64,000 nt of DNA from Polymyxa betae A26-41 (GCA_003693705.1 RBZT01000771.1:1-64000); one strand, 5' to 3'. Numbered from the stretch's first letter, positions 39,323-50,679 are shown. Notes: generated by a model not told the origin, from the sequence alone. Program-made: numbers and translations.

Positions 39323-39621
39323 ATCTAGTATGAAATCAAAAATGAAAACCATTACTCTCTAAAATTTTTAAACGAATCGTTTCAACCTTGCTCAATAAAC
39401 AAAAATCATACAAGACCCTTAACCATATAACAAGCTGGCTGTACCATAGTACAGCAAAACAAAGGGCTTAGAGCCTGCCTTCTCTGTATTACTAGGAGCG
39501 ATACGACGACCATTGCTAGAGGCAGGAGAGTAATCTACGGCCGAATAGAGGATGGAAATAGGAAATGGATGCGGCCTCCGACATAGGGCATTGACGCTAT
39601 CAGGGGTGTTCAGCCTCCTAA

Positions 39622-41011
39622 ATGCTCATGTCGCCAACAAAGAAGCCTGGATGGGATGCCTGGTTAATAGGAATCACTATACTTCTGATAGTTGGCGAAT
39701 CCGTGCTATGCCTGCTGATTATCTATTATGTTCCCTGTAGGCGTTCGCAGCTTTCATAATGAATCTGATCGTTGATCCAGATACTGAAATCGATTGGCGC
39801 GCCTATATGGAACAGGTTCAGACATTCGTGAAAGGCGAACGAGATTATCTTCACATAAAAGGAGGAACTGGACCACTCGTATATCCTGCAGGGTATATTT
39901 CTCTTCTGTCATTTTGCTGCTAATGCTATTTCGCTCTAGGTTTCTTTATATTTATTCGCTTCTATCCGAAATGACGGATCAAGGAGACGATATAGTTACA
40001 GCACAATTTGTATTCGCTGCAATCTATGTAGCAACACAAACGCTGCTGTTTATTACGCTGGGCTATGCAGCTTTACGCTCAGGTCATGCACCAGGTCGCA
40101 TTGCTATCCTGTTCGTCCTCATGTGCCTATCTCGAAGGCTGCATTCGCTCTATGTCTTGCGATTGTTCAACGACGATATTGCTGTGTTGTTATTGCACAT
40201 CAGCGTGTTTCTGATGACTGTTTTGAACTCTTGGAGAGCAGCGTGTATCGTCTTCTCTTTAGCAGTATCGGTGAAGATGAATATCCTGCTTTTCGCCCCA
40301 GGGCTTCTTATTTTGCTTCTTCACCGGTTTCCCAGAATACGTACCTTGCCTTGTCTTGTATTATGTGCTCTAACGCAGCTTGTCGTTGGAATGCCTTTTC
40401 TGATATCCCATCCGATTTCGTATTTGAGGAAATCCTTCGAGCTTGATCGCCAATTCTTCCAAATTTGGAGCGTGAACTGGCAATTTATTCCTGAATCCGT
40501 TTTCACATCTAAATATTTCGCAACCGCCCTGCTCTGCTGCCACATCCTGGCATTGGTTCTGTTCACTAGACAATATTTCCTGAAGCGTGTGGGAGCACTA
40601 AGTACTTTGCTAAAGCTCAAGTCCCCTCTGGAACTTGATATGGCTCATAGCATCGACATTCTTTTTATCTCGAACTTTATTGGTATCGTTTTTTCAAGGA
40701 CTATCCATTACCAGTAATCATTGAAAGTCGTGGTTGGTTTTGTGCTGAGAAGTTTTTCCAGGTTTTACACTTGGTATGGGCACCATCTTCCTTGGCTTCT
40801 ATTCCGAACTCAATGGTCGCTGAAATTTCAACTAGCTCTTTGGCTGGCAATCGAGATCGTTTATAACATTTATCCACCACATCCTTTATCCAGTTTGCTA
40901 CTACAGCTTTGCCACTTTGCATTGCTTGTCGCACTTTACATCATCCCATCGAAATCATCGAAATCCAACCGCATCGCCACCACCGATGCCGATAAATCTA
41001 AACCTATTTGA
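39622..41011 (+). CDS. ALG3: Dol-P-Man:Man5GlcNAc2-PP-Dol alpha-1,3-mannosyltransferase
   Basis: Spliced '[15 protein letters not shown]...[12 protein letters not shown]', '[13 protein letters not shown]', 'SVKMNILLF', 'RTIHYQFY'. Confidence 0.93.
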
Positions 41012-41229
41012 ATACATGAGCACATCAAGGACAATAATAGCCACAGTCGACTGTCTTGCGTGTTCAGAATAGGTATTTTAGGTGCGGACAAGATGACGCC
41101 TTCAGTGGAGAAAACCCTAATCACAGCCGGCACTGATCGATCGCCAGTCAGGTTCCTTGACCGCACAATCCCGATCCGAACACCGACGAGGTCTCCCTCT
41201 TGTGCATTTCTATTTCCGCCGTGCCAACT

Positions 41230-42978
41230 ATGGACGAGAAAGAAGCTAAGTTTGAGGCAGGGTGCACACAACATGAGTTCGACATCGAGAAGAGCGCTAC
41301 GGGACCTGCACAGGCCCTAGCCAAATCGATCAACTTCTTGGGTACTGTTAATACATTGGCATACATGATATAAATAACGCCCTAATTCAGATGGAATCTC
41401 GCTCGTTCTTGGCGCTCTCGTACGATTTGTCGTTTTTATCTATACGATGTTGTTGAACGATTCCTCTCTAGATCGGGGCTGGTTTTTTTGTGACTCCAGG
41501 ACTCTTGTTCCAAACTGTCGGTCCTTTCGGAGCGTTGCTAGCCTGGCTTCTAGGCAGTATCATTGCATTGACCGGTGCATTATGCTATAGCGAACTTTCG
41601 ACGTTTTTGGTCTCTGCTGGCAGCGAATCAACCTATCTCTCCAAAGCATTCGGCGAAGTCGCCGGCTTCTCCTATGTCCTCATGCTATTCCTTGTGTATG
41701 ATACTCGCCTGCAGTATTCTTAACAGCTTACTTTCATGTAGTGTGGGAACAGGTGGCGTTGCTGCTGTCTCCAATGTTAGTGCTACTTACATAGTGAACG
41801 GCATCGGGTATAATTCTGCTGAAAGTGGGACGATGGTTCAAATCGTCACGATTGCCTTAGTCGTAGCTTTAACATTATTGAACCTTGGCGGGACTAGTCA
41901 TGCTGTCATTCTGCAACGCATTCTACTCGGTTTGTTTCTTTTCAAACCGGTCCATCGTCGCCTAAGTCTGCCTGATAGTGGCGAAAGTCGTCACTGTGAT
42001 TGGTGTCATTGGAGCATGCGTCATCCACCGAATTACCGTCCCCGATCTCCCCTCTGCCTTAGAGAATAACTTTATGGATGGCTTTGATGCTTCACGTCTG
42101 GTCGATGCTTTTATCGCTGTGTTATTCGCTTTTAACGGCTTCCAATTTGTAAGATTTTTTTTTTCTGTTTGGGCCATTTAAATCCAATCATGCCCGTGAC
42201 CTAAGTTGAATAACTTTCCATTTAGTTGGCTCCAATGACGGAAGAGATGCTGAATCCAAGCCGAGATGTACCTCGCGTATTCTTTTTTGGCATAACATCA
42301 GTGACAATTTTAGGTGTTGTTGTCATTCTTTGTTTCTTGTCGTGTCTCACACCCGTCCTTGCCCAAGTATCTGGAAAAAATGTCGCAGCCATCTTTTTCT
42401 GGGAGATTGGCAGTGAACCATTGCGACTTACTTCCTCGATCCTGATCGCCTTGTGTGCTGCCGGAAGTGCAAATTTCAAACTGATTGGATGCAGCAGAAT
42501 CTTTTACGGCGCAGCTCGAGACGACGGGTTTCTGCCTTCATCTCTGACTTACATCTCTTCTCGCAACGTTCCGGTCGTCTCGATTATCGTCACCGCTGTC
42601 TGGACTGTCCTAATTCTAGTTGTTGTCCCTGACCTATCGGACATCTTGAAGTACTTCATGACCGGACAAATCGTAAGTGGCAATTCGCATCGAATGGGCG
42701 TACTTATTGATTGTTTACAGATGGTGTTCGCCTTGGTCGGTTGCGCATTAATGCGTCTACGTTCAACGATGCCAAATGCTGAGAGAGCTTACAAGGTCTC
42801 TCTGTATCCTCTAACGCCGATCGTTTTCATCTCATCATGTCTCGCTATCATAATTTACTCAGTGTCGATGTCAGAAACGCCAGGCACTGCCCGATGGTCT
42901 TTAATCCTGTCGTTCACCGGCGTCCCTGTTTACTTTCTGGCTAACTACATTAGGAAGACATACAATGCTAGGAAATGA
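41230..42978 (+). CDS. APC-family amino acid permease (LAT-like), multi-exon
   Basis: 'IGAGFFVTPG', 'GALCYSELST', 'FAFNGF', 'TEEMLNPSRDVP', 'SRIFYGAARD'. Confidence 0.88.
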
Positions 42979-44493
42979 TCGCCGAATCCTTAGATTATAC
43001 ATTTCTCTTATAAACTGGCTCAAAAATGTTCTCTAACAGTAGACATGAGTGCTGCGTCGAGTTTGAAGGGATCGGCCTTAGTCGTGGTACTTGTAATTTC
43101 TGGAAGGGTTCCCCTTACAAAATTTGTTGAGTTAAGCAGTCGCTACGGTATGAACTTTTTGGTGCTTCGCTTCTAATCTTTGAATAATGCCACAAATGCA
43201 TAACCATAGGTGTTCCTATCAAGCTAGAAGATTGATCACAGCAGATGTTGCGCTCCACGGAGGATCGAAAGATTACGCTGAGGTTGATTTTCGACGAGGA
43301 GAGCCTAGGACTTTGCTCGAGATTGAACGTGATGCCAAACGCATTACTGTACTGTTCCCTCCTGATAATTTTAAGACGAGTCAGGTTCTTTCTGGATTCA
43401 TTCCCGAGCCTCGCTCTATCAATCTAAAACCATAACTAAGCAAGACATAGCTAAGCAAATAAAAATAAACAGTTTGGAATGAACATAACCTTTGCTTGAA
43501 AGAATCTTCTCACACATGGTGCTGTTCATGGAGCAAGTGAAAATAAATTTCAATTTTTGGCAGTTCAGCCTGTTCCTGCATTGTGCTCCGTCTCCAGTCA
43601 GTATTGGAATGGGCTTTTGACCTTTTTGTTGAGCATTTCATAGCGAAAGGTGTTATTATCTATTTCCGCTCTGGCATTAATGACAAAATCTACGAACGTC
43701 GTCATTCCGCGTCCCAGGACCAGCCAACGAGGCCGCATTGGATCGGTCGTGTCGAAGATCTCAGCTCATCGCCCAAATCGAAACTCGACTCGAGCGCGAT
43801 GAGGACGATTTGATGACTCTGAAGTCTCAACAAGACGAGTTGCTTCAGACCGACACGGAATCAAGGTCAAGAGCGGCGAAGACAGCTTTCGACACCCAAA
43901 ATTCGGGCCCTGACACAACGAGTCGGAGCCGCCCAAGAAAGAGCGACAGAGCAGTCGTTGGCTTTTCTGAAGCGGCCGCGTCCATCGCAGGTTGTCTTAC
44001 TGGCCGCATCCATCGGTCCCGCAAGCGACATCGGCACTGGTGGCACCGTCGTACTCGGCAAGACTCCGGCTGGTCGGCCACGAGCCTGGAGCGGTCGACG
44101 TTCACTTCTCCGAGTTTCCCCGACGCCCACCACTATCTAGGTAATCGGGTATTCTTAACCGATGAACCGTGTAGTTTGTGCAACCTCGTCATTAGTCTGT
44201 CCAAAAACGGGTATTTATAGAGCAGGCTGATGGGCTGGCCGCCGCTCCCAGATGACGCCCTATTCCATCGAGGTCATTTTTTGTCCTTGCAAATTTGAGA
44301 GGTTTCGGCTGCGTTGCTCCTTTATCCCGTATATAGAACGACAGGTTCGTTTCTTGTTGAATGATCTATTGAAGGCTATGATTCTTCGCCCAAGAAGTGA
44401 AGCTTCGCCACGCGGGGTAGGCGTTAAGTCACTTAAGTGACGGCATAGCTATTGATAGCAATACGTGCAGACTCGATTAGCTCTGGGCGATTT

Positions 44494-44642
44494 GGCCGCA
44501 TGCTCAAGACGGATCCGCCATCATGGAAGCGCTTTGCAAAGAGAAGATGGTCATTGATCAAATCGATGAGCTGATGACAGTTTGCTCAAGAAGACGGGAA
44601 TCAGGCGTTAGCACTCGTATCTGGAGCGATCATGGTGTTTGA
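44494..44642 (+). pseudogene. Frameshifted relic of the 3' end of a 7TM-RGS gene
   Basis: Translates as GRMLKTDPPSW / (frameshift) ALCKEKMVIDQIDEL..., matching PRFLRTNPPSWNQFRALCEERMVANQVDEL of the 45142 protein with a 10-nt deletion. Confidence 0.7.
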
Positions 44643-44809
44643 CACACTTGAGACCCATTGATATATTTTATCTTTATAGCAATCTGCTTGTCTGCTTGTT
44701 GTCGGATGCCTTCATGATAGTTTTGGAACTTCACCAAAGCGCCCAAAAACATCCTGTGATGAAGATTGCAGCACAGCCCGTTGAATTTATTACCCCCCCC
44801 CCCCCCAAA

Positions 44810-44921
44810 GAGGCCGCTCCATTCCATCTGCTTGTTCGCGATGAAACGTGATCATCGTCGGTGTCGAACGAGGCCGCTCCATTCCATCTGCTTGCTCGTA
44901 ATGAAACGTGATCGTCGTTGA
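44810..44921. repeat. 60-bp tandem duplication preceded by a poly-C run
   Basis: GAGGCCGCTCCATTCCATCTGCTTG...ATGAAACGTGATC at 44810 and 44870; C-run at 44793-44806. Confidence 0.85.
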
Positions 44922-45141
44922 TATCAGCAGAGGAAGTAAAGTTACCCGGCGCAGTCAATGTAAATCATTTTCATTTTCAGTAAAATTCATTGTCGATTGT
45001 GTCTTTCCACACGACCGACGTTCGGTTGGAGGACGGAAGTTCGCGAGGCGTGGCTTCGATGCAGACGCGGGAAACCGTATTGGCCATGGCTGTGGGCGCA
45101 ATTCTTCCGGCTATTAATGTTGTTCACATCTATGATTAATC

Positions 45142-46512
45142 ATGGCGAGCTCGCTGTCGACTATCTTTTGGGCCGTCCTCAGTGTCCTGCATCTGCCCAT
45201 TTTTGCAATTCCGGTCCTGTATTGGCGTAGGCGGAACCTCGATCCGATCAATGTGAGACGGCCGCGAATTCTCATCATCCCCTTGGTGACTCTTGTCATC
45301 GCCATCTGGCACATCCTGCTTCGAGCCCTGTTCCACCTATCATCGAAATCCTGGCTGAACATTATTATCCTATCTGTTCTGCTTGTGACATCATCCGAAT
45401 CGTTCTTCGTCTTTGCCTTATCGCTCTATATCGCCTACAACAAGATGAAACTGCAGATCGCTATGTATCAAGAGAGTCAGAAATCCTCGGACATGGAAAG
45501 CTTGAAAACGTTCCTCGAATCGATCAGAATGATTTCTTGGCTGCTGAGCGAAAAATTCGCATACGCCTGGGTCGTCGGGCACGTTCTGCTATGGACCATG
45601 ATCGTCTTGATCTACATCGGAACCCGGATTGGGTTCCCGAATTGTTTAACTCCGTTGAGTGATATCTCAGAGCAAGCTGCCCATCATGTCTTAATCATGG
45701 TCTATGGACGGAGCTTGTTGACGGTCATTTGCTGGATTGTCTTGTCTTTCAAACTGCGTCTGATGCAAGATGCATTCGGCACCAAATCGTTGCTGAAAAA
45801 GACCGGCCTGATCGGCGCCACTTGTCTTTGTTATCATTTCTTTTTAGAGAAGACGGTGGCTGAAATTTCGGTGCTCCGCTTGCACGACTTATGCACTTTA
45901 GTGCTCGTTGATGCAGCTTTTATCATTTCATTCATCATTCCGTTATTGCAGACACGCAAGATTGCGAATCGGACACCGTCCACAAGCTATTCTTCTGGCA
46001 CCTCGGCAAGGCCGTCGGATTTTGAATTGTTCTTGCACACGGCTGATGGCTTTGCAGCATTCAAACGGCATTTAGAGAAGGAGTTCGCTGTCGAGAATCT
46101 GCTCTTCTGGAAAGATGTGAATTTGTTTCGTGAAAAGTGTGATGCCGACGATGCAGGCCGACTGAGCTGTAAAAGCATTATTCTGTCCTGGGCAATATTC
46201 GACAAGTATCTTTGCAGCTCGGCGCCTCTGGAAATCAACCTACCATTCCAGCTGTCAATGAAGTTCAGGAATATATTCGCGAATCGGATGGGCGGAAGCC
46301 CAGCAATTACAGCGGCGATCTTCGATGAGGCAGCGAATCAAGTCCTTCAGCTTATCGAAGTGGATTCTCTACCAAGGTTCCTGAGGACTAACCCACCATC
46401 TTGGAATCAGTTCAGGGCTCTATGCGAAGAGAGGATGGTCGCCAATCAGGTCGATGAACTCGGCAAGGCGCGAATATCTCGCGAACGTACAAGCGACAGT
46501 TGCGATTGCTAG
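45142..46512 (+). CDS. 7TM-RGS protein, intronless, paralogue 2
   Basis: Hydrophobic N-terminal ~270 aa then 'FELFLHTADGFAAFKRHLEKEFAVENLLFWKDV...IFDKYLCSSAPLEINL...IFDEAANQVLQLIEVDSLPRFL'. Confidence 0.9.
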   Translation: MASSLSTIFWAVLSVLHLPIFAIPVLYWRRRNLDPINVRRPRILIIPLVTLVIAIWHILLRALFHLSSKSWLNIIILSVLLVTSSESFFVFALSLYIAYNKMKLQIAMYQESQKSSDMESLKTFLESIRMISWLLSEKFAYAWVVGHVLLWTMIVLIYIGTRIGFPNCLTPLSDISEQAAHHVLIMVYGRSLLTVICWIVLSFKLRLMQDAFGTKSLLKKTGLIGATCLCYHFFLEKTVAEISVLRLHDLCTLVLVDAAFIISFIIPLLQTRKIANRTPSTSYSSGTSARPSDFELFLHTADGFAAFKRHLEKEFAVENLLFWKDVNLFREKCDADDAGRLSCKSIILSWAIFDKYLCSSAPLEINLPFQLSMKFRNIFANRMGGSPAITAAIFDEAANQVLQLIEVDSLPRFLRTNPPSWNQFRALCEERMVANQVDELGKARISRERTSDSCDC

Positions 46513-47771
46513 AACCAATTGTATCTGTTAAATGATATTATTATTATTAAGGCAAGGGGGGTTGTTCTCCAAGTAGGAGACGTTCTCAGACGTTTAATAC
46601 CACTACTTGATTCTGAACCAGGTTGCAAAAAAAAATACTTGTTATTTAAAAATCAGGTGATCTAGTCGAAATGACTCCGGCTTTTAGCCAAATCTTTTAG
46701 AGACCGACTGTTTGCCAGAGGCGTTCCTCGAAGCCAGTCGAGGAGAATTGACGGCAATGTGGCCTTCCTCGCTACAATATAGGCATAATTGATTATCAAT
46801 ACGCCTCTGCCGTCAAGGACCATGGTAGAGCGCCGCCTGTTGACCAAAATCAACGAACTAGAATAATCCAATCCAATCCAATCAAGGACCATGGGATCAG
46901 AAGCTGGAGAGCTTCCCGGATGAAAAATGATGCTGTACGATTTCCAGGATTCATTCGATGATCGCGTTCAATGGCATCATTGGTAGCAGACTCAAGTAGT
47001 AGGCGTCGACTGCGACAATAGCAGTTGCTGAACTTCGTTGTTAAGTCCGCAATGGTGATTATCAATACATTTTTGCAGAATCGTTCTAATCTACATCGGG
47101 TGCGATAAGACGAAATATAGAGGTATGTGCAAGTTGGTTTGCGACCTTGCTGAAGGGGTCCTATTCTTGGCGAAGCTGTATTGATGCGATCCGGATCGCC
47201 AAAAACTTATCTAACAACTGTATAACAACATTGGCATCAGGGAGTCGAACATCTTTAGATTCCAATAAGAAAGGAAACCATTGTAGAGCTGTCCCCTTCA
47301 AAAAATGTTCCGAGGGGGCAACTTTACAGAATTTGCAGCAAATGTTGCGGCTGAAACTTCCAAATAAGTCTAAGCAGATTGAGAAAGCCTCTCAATTTGC
47401 TTAAATCGACATCGAATGGGTCTGGATGAAGAACATTTGGTTTAGATAACATACTTCCAAAATGGTTGAACTACTAATCCGTTCACAGGCGTTCGCTGCT
47501 TCTGCTGATGGTACAGCTATTGATGTTGGAGCTGCTCGATCTGCGCTCACATGCCATCAGTTTGTAGCTGATAACTATTTTGCTGTTCCAGAAGATCTGA
47601 AGTCGGAGGTGAGAGTAGCAGATCTGGGCCCAAAACCAAACAAAACTGAACAAAACTGAATAAAGCAGAGCTAGAACGAAGACTGGAGACTGAACTAAAA
47701 TTTAATTGAGATAAACAGATAAACTGAAGAGAGATTAGTTAGAACCAGAATAAGAGGTGTGATGTTGATTA

Positions 47772-48128
47772 GAGCGCGTCTGGAGGTGACCGTGTTTCAA
47801 AACTCCGTTACGGCAAAACGCCGTTACGACTATTTGAGAAAACGGCGTTTTGCCGAAACGGCATTTTGATGGGCTTGGAACCTCCAGACACCCAAGACAA
47901 AACGCCGTTTGCGCAGAATCCTGTGCGTCAGGAAGGTGCGGCGACACGCAAAACGGTGTCAAAACGGAGGTCGGACCTCCGTTTTGAAAACGCCGTTTCA
48001 CGGAGATAAAGCTGCGTTGTCGGATGAGGCTCCGTTTTGACTCCAGACAGTCGCAACTCAGTTTCAAAACGGCGTTTTGCCCAAAACGGAGGTGAAACGG
48101 CGTTTTCAGCCTGCCTCCAGACGCACTC
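47772..48128. mobile_element. MITE-like non-autonomous DNA transposon (~357 bp; Tourist/PIF-Harbinger-like by inference)
   Basis: Terminal inverted repeats GAGCGCGTCTGGAGG / CCTCCAGACGCACTC (14/15 match), flanks TTA and TTT(A), many internal AAAACGG/CCGTTTT motifs and two perfect internal palindromes. Confidence 0.75.
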
Positions 48129-48306
48129 TTTAGCTGCACGGACTCCGTACGAGGTCTGATGCTCAGACTCAGTCAAGCTTTTGACAATTTTTTGCTGAAA
48201 ATCTTGCGCATTTCTACGTTTGCATGGCCAAACATTTTGATGAAAACCCTCAACTTTTTCAAACCTTGACCTGGGACACCGTTGATCAGTTCCAACAGCT
48301 ATTTTA

Positions 48307-49047
48307 ATGCTGGTTTGGATAAGAATTCTAGTGATCGCGAGTCTACTGGCTGTGATACACGCCGGTAGACCTGTTTCACTCCTCACCGAACATACCGTGT
48401 CGGTGAAACGTTCGTATTGGGATTATCGTCCTTGGGATGACCTGCTTAAGAACATCTGGATTGTCTTTCAATGCCGCGAACCTTCCCTTTGCTATAAACT
48501 GACTGTTGTCATGGGCGACCAGACAATCATGAGGAACTGCCTCGCGTCCCGCAGCGCCGACGATTTGCCGAATGAACTCAGTACAAAGCTGTCAACAACA
48601 TCAGAAGCTTTCCAGTTCTTCATGAGAAACTACAACAAGCCCACTGCTGCTGTAGGCGTCTTGACTTTTGCCATATTCGTCGCTGATTCTTGCCCTGGAC
48701 AGTTTATAGTTGAATATAATCAATTTGATGTTGAAGGAATTCGTGTCTATTTCGATCACGGTCTGGAGCGTAATGCTGATTTTGTGGACGAAAGGATTCG
48801 TGTCGAATTGGATTTGTTAGAGCGCCAAGTCGATGTGCCCGAGATTCCAGCTCCCGTGAATACCGAAAGCGAGTCCGACGAACCTGAAGAAGCAGATGCT
48901 CAAGAACCTGCGACAGTCCAGTCCCAGCGCAATCTTGCTATTCAGCGTGTCCAGGTAGAGAACCCGTTCGATGCGGAGCTGAGGGCAGCCGTCGACCGAC
49001 TTTTCATTGGATCGAGAAACAGATGGAATGACTCTGATTCTGATTAA
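48307..49047 (+). CDS. Intronless predicted secreted protein (246 aa), unknown function
   Basis: Signal-peptide-like MLVWIRILVIASLLAVIHA-G; no further TM helix; acidic C-terminal tail. Confidence 0.7.
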   Translation: MLVWIRILVIASLLAVIHAGRPVSLLTEHTVSVKRSYWDYRPWDDLLKNIWIVFQCREPSLCYKLTVVMGDQTIMRNCLASRSADDLPNELSTKLSTTSEAFQFFMRNYNKPTAAVGVLTFAIFVADSCPGQFIVEYNQFDVEGIRVYFDHGLERNADFVDERIRVELDLLERQVDVPEIPAPVNTESESDEPEEADAQEPATVQSQRNLAIQRVQVENPFDAELRAAVDRLFIGSRNRWNDSDSD

Positions 49048-49313
49048 ATAAACCAACTTGTCTAACTGTTATTAAGAATTTTCATCAATTCTCTGAGATT
49101 TAAGGGGAAACTATTCAAAAGTTCGAAATAGGATTCGTGCGCTTGTAAAGAGGCGCCAGATGGACTGCGGTGCCAGAAGTACTAGGTCGTACTTAATAGA
49201 GACAATCCACACAAGAAGGAAAGTTCTTTCGGAATGCGAACCACATTCTTAACGCCTTCTTACGGATATCGATATTCACCACTTTCGAACCCCAAAGAAA
49301 CGAGCAAAGAACC

Positions 49314-50336
49314 ATGGAGTCGGAACCGTCAGCGTATTATCGGCACTCGAGAGATGAGCCCTCTAGTCATGATCAGATGGTCGACCGTGTGAAATCTCAG
49401 AATCTGTTTCGCTCCGGTAGGGCCGAGAAATGCATGAGACTGGTCGATCGTCGTCGTTTCATTCCAGTTGAATGTCATTCTCCTTATGCGGATCAAAGCG
49501 TCCAGATAGGTTAGAATCGATTTCAGCCTTGGGTTGGCAAGCTTCCATAACAGCATGCTTTGCGTTCATGGACGTCGCGAATCTGAAAACGTGGATAGGA
49601 TATGGGGCTTGGATAGCGGCGCCTTCCATCCAGGCATTTTGTCTTGATAGACTTACTGAACATCTTGAGCCAGTAAGAAATCCGAGGTCATAAATGCCAC
49701 CTTTGATAGATGGATCAGGGATCGACAGTTCTGGATATCGGCAGTGGGACTGGCTATCTAGCAGCGGTCATGGCCCTCATGCTGCAAGGCGATACAAGAC
49801 CAGGTCAAGAGAGCGGCCGTGTCTTTGCTGTGGAGCATATTCCAGGTAAGAGCGTCACTGCATTGAACGTGCCGTTCTTTAAAGATAGTCAGAGCTGGTG
49901 GCAACTAATAAAGAGATTATCAAGCGATATTATCCAGATCTGCAGAAGGTGATTGAGATTGTTGCTGGTGATGGAAGGCAAGGGCTGCCAGAACATGGTC
50001 CATATGATTGGTAACAAATTTCGATTTTCTGGAATCCATCACAAGCCAAATCGTTTCGAAGCATCAATGTCGGTGCCGCTTCCGAACAGCTGCCAAGCGC
50101 GTTACTCGACCAGTTGAAACCTGGAGGTAAATTGTGGTCAACGTTTGTGCCGCAGCGGCTGACGTCGGTGACCAGGTCGAATGATATGTCCTGTGGGGAT
50201 CGGCTACTCGCAGCAGCTCCTGGTCGTCGACAAGCGCCCGGACGGCTCCATCGACGAGCGAGTCGAATATGAAGGTGTCGAATTTCCCCCTCTAACAAGT
50301 GTGAGCTGTCAGCTCGATACTGAAACCTTTGATTGA
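49314..50336 (+). CDS. PCMT1: Protein-L-isoaspartate O-methyltransferase, multi-exon
   Basis: 'MRLVDRRRFIP..SPYAD', 'IAAPSIQ', 'VLDIGSGTGYLAAVMA', 'GDGRQGLPEHGPYD', 'INVGAA...LLDQLKPGG', 'VEFPPLT'. Confidence 0.92.
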
Positions 50337-50552
50337 AACGTTACTAATGTGTCAGCTCGATAATGAAACCTTTGATTGAAACGTTACTAATGTGTCAGTT
50401 TGATAATGAAACCTTTGACATTACTAATGTGTTAGCTCGATAATGAAACCTTGGATTGAAACGTTACTAATGTGTCAGTTTGATAATGAAACCTTTGACA
50501 TTACTAATGTGTCAGCTCGATAATGAAACCTTTGATTGAAACGTTACTAATG
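50307..50552. repeat. Minisatellite of six units (43,43,37,43,37,43 bp)
   Basis: Unit TGTCAGCTCGATAATGAAACCTTTGATTGAAACGTTACTAATG and a 37-bp deletion variant; first unit contains the PCMT stop codon. Confidence 0.95.
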
Positions 50553-50679
50553 TTCCTCCGCTGTATAAACCCTAAATAGACTCTACTCTCTCATTCAATC
50601 TCATTTAGTATAAAATGTCTTCATTTTCATTGCGAGAAGTTTAAGAGGCGCGCGGCGGAGTCGAGCAATCTGCTCATAG

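Noticed and set aside
47735-48386. Minus-strand ORFs of 134 and 152 aa as a transposase
   Set aside because: They are translations of the repetitive MITE interior; no DDE or other transposase motif
50307-50552. Possible CRISPR array (regular ~40-bp period)
   Set aside because: Units abut with no unique spacers, there are no cas genes, and the context is eukaryotic; it is a minisatellite
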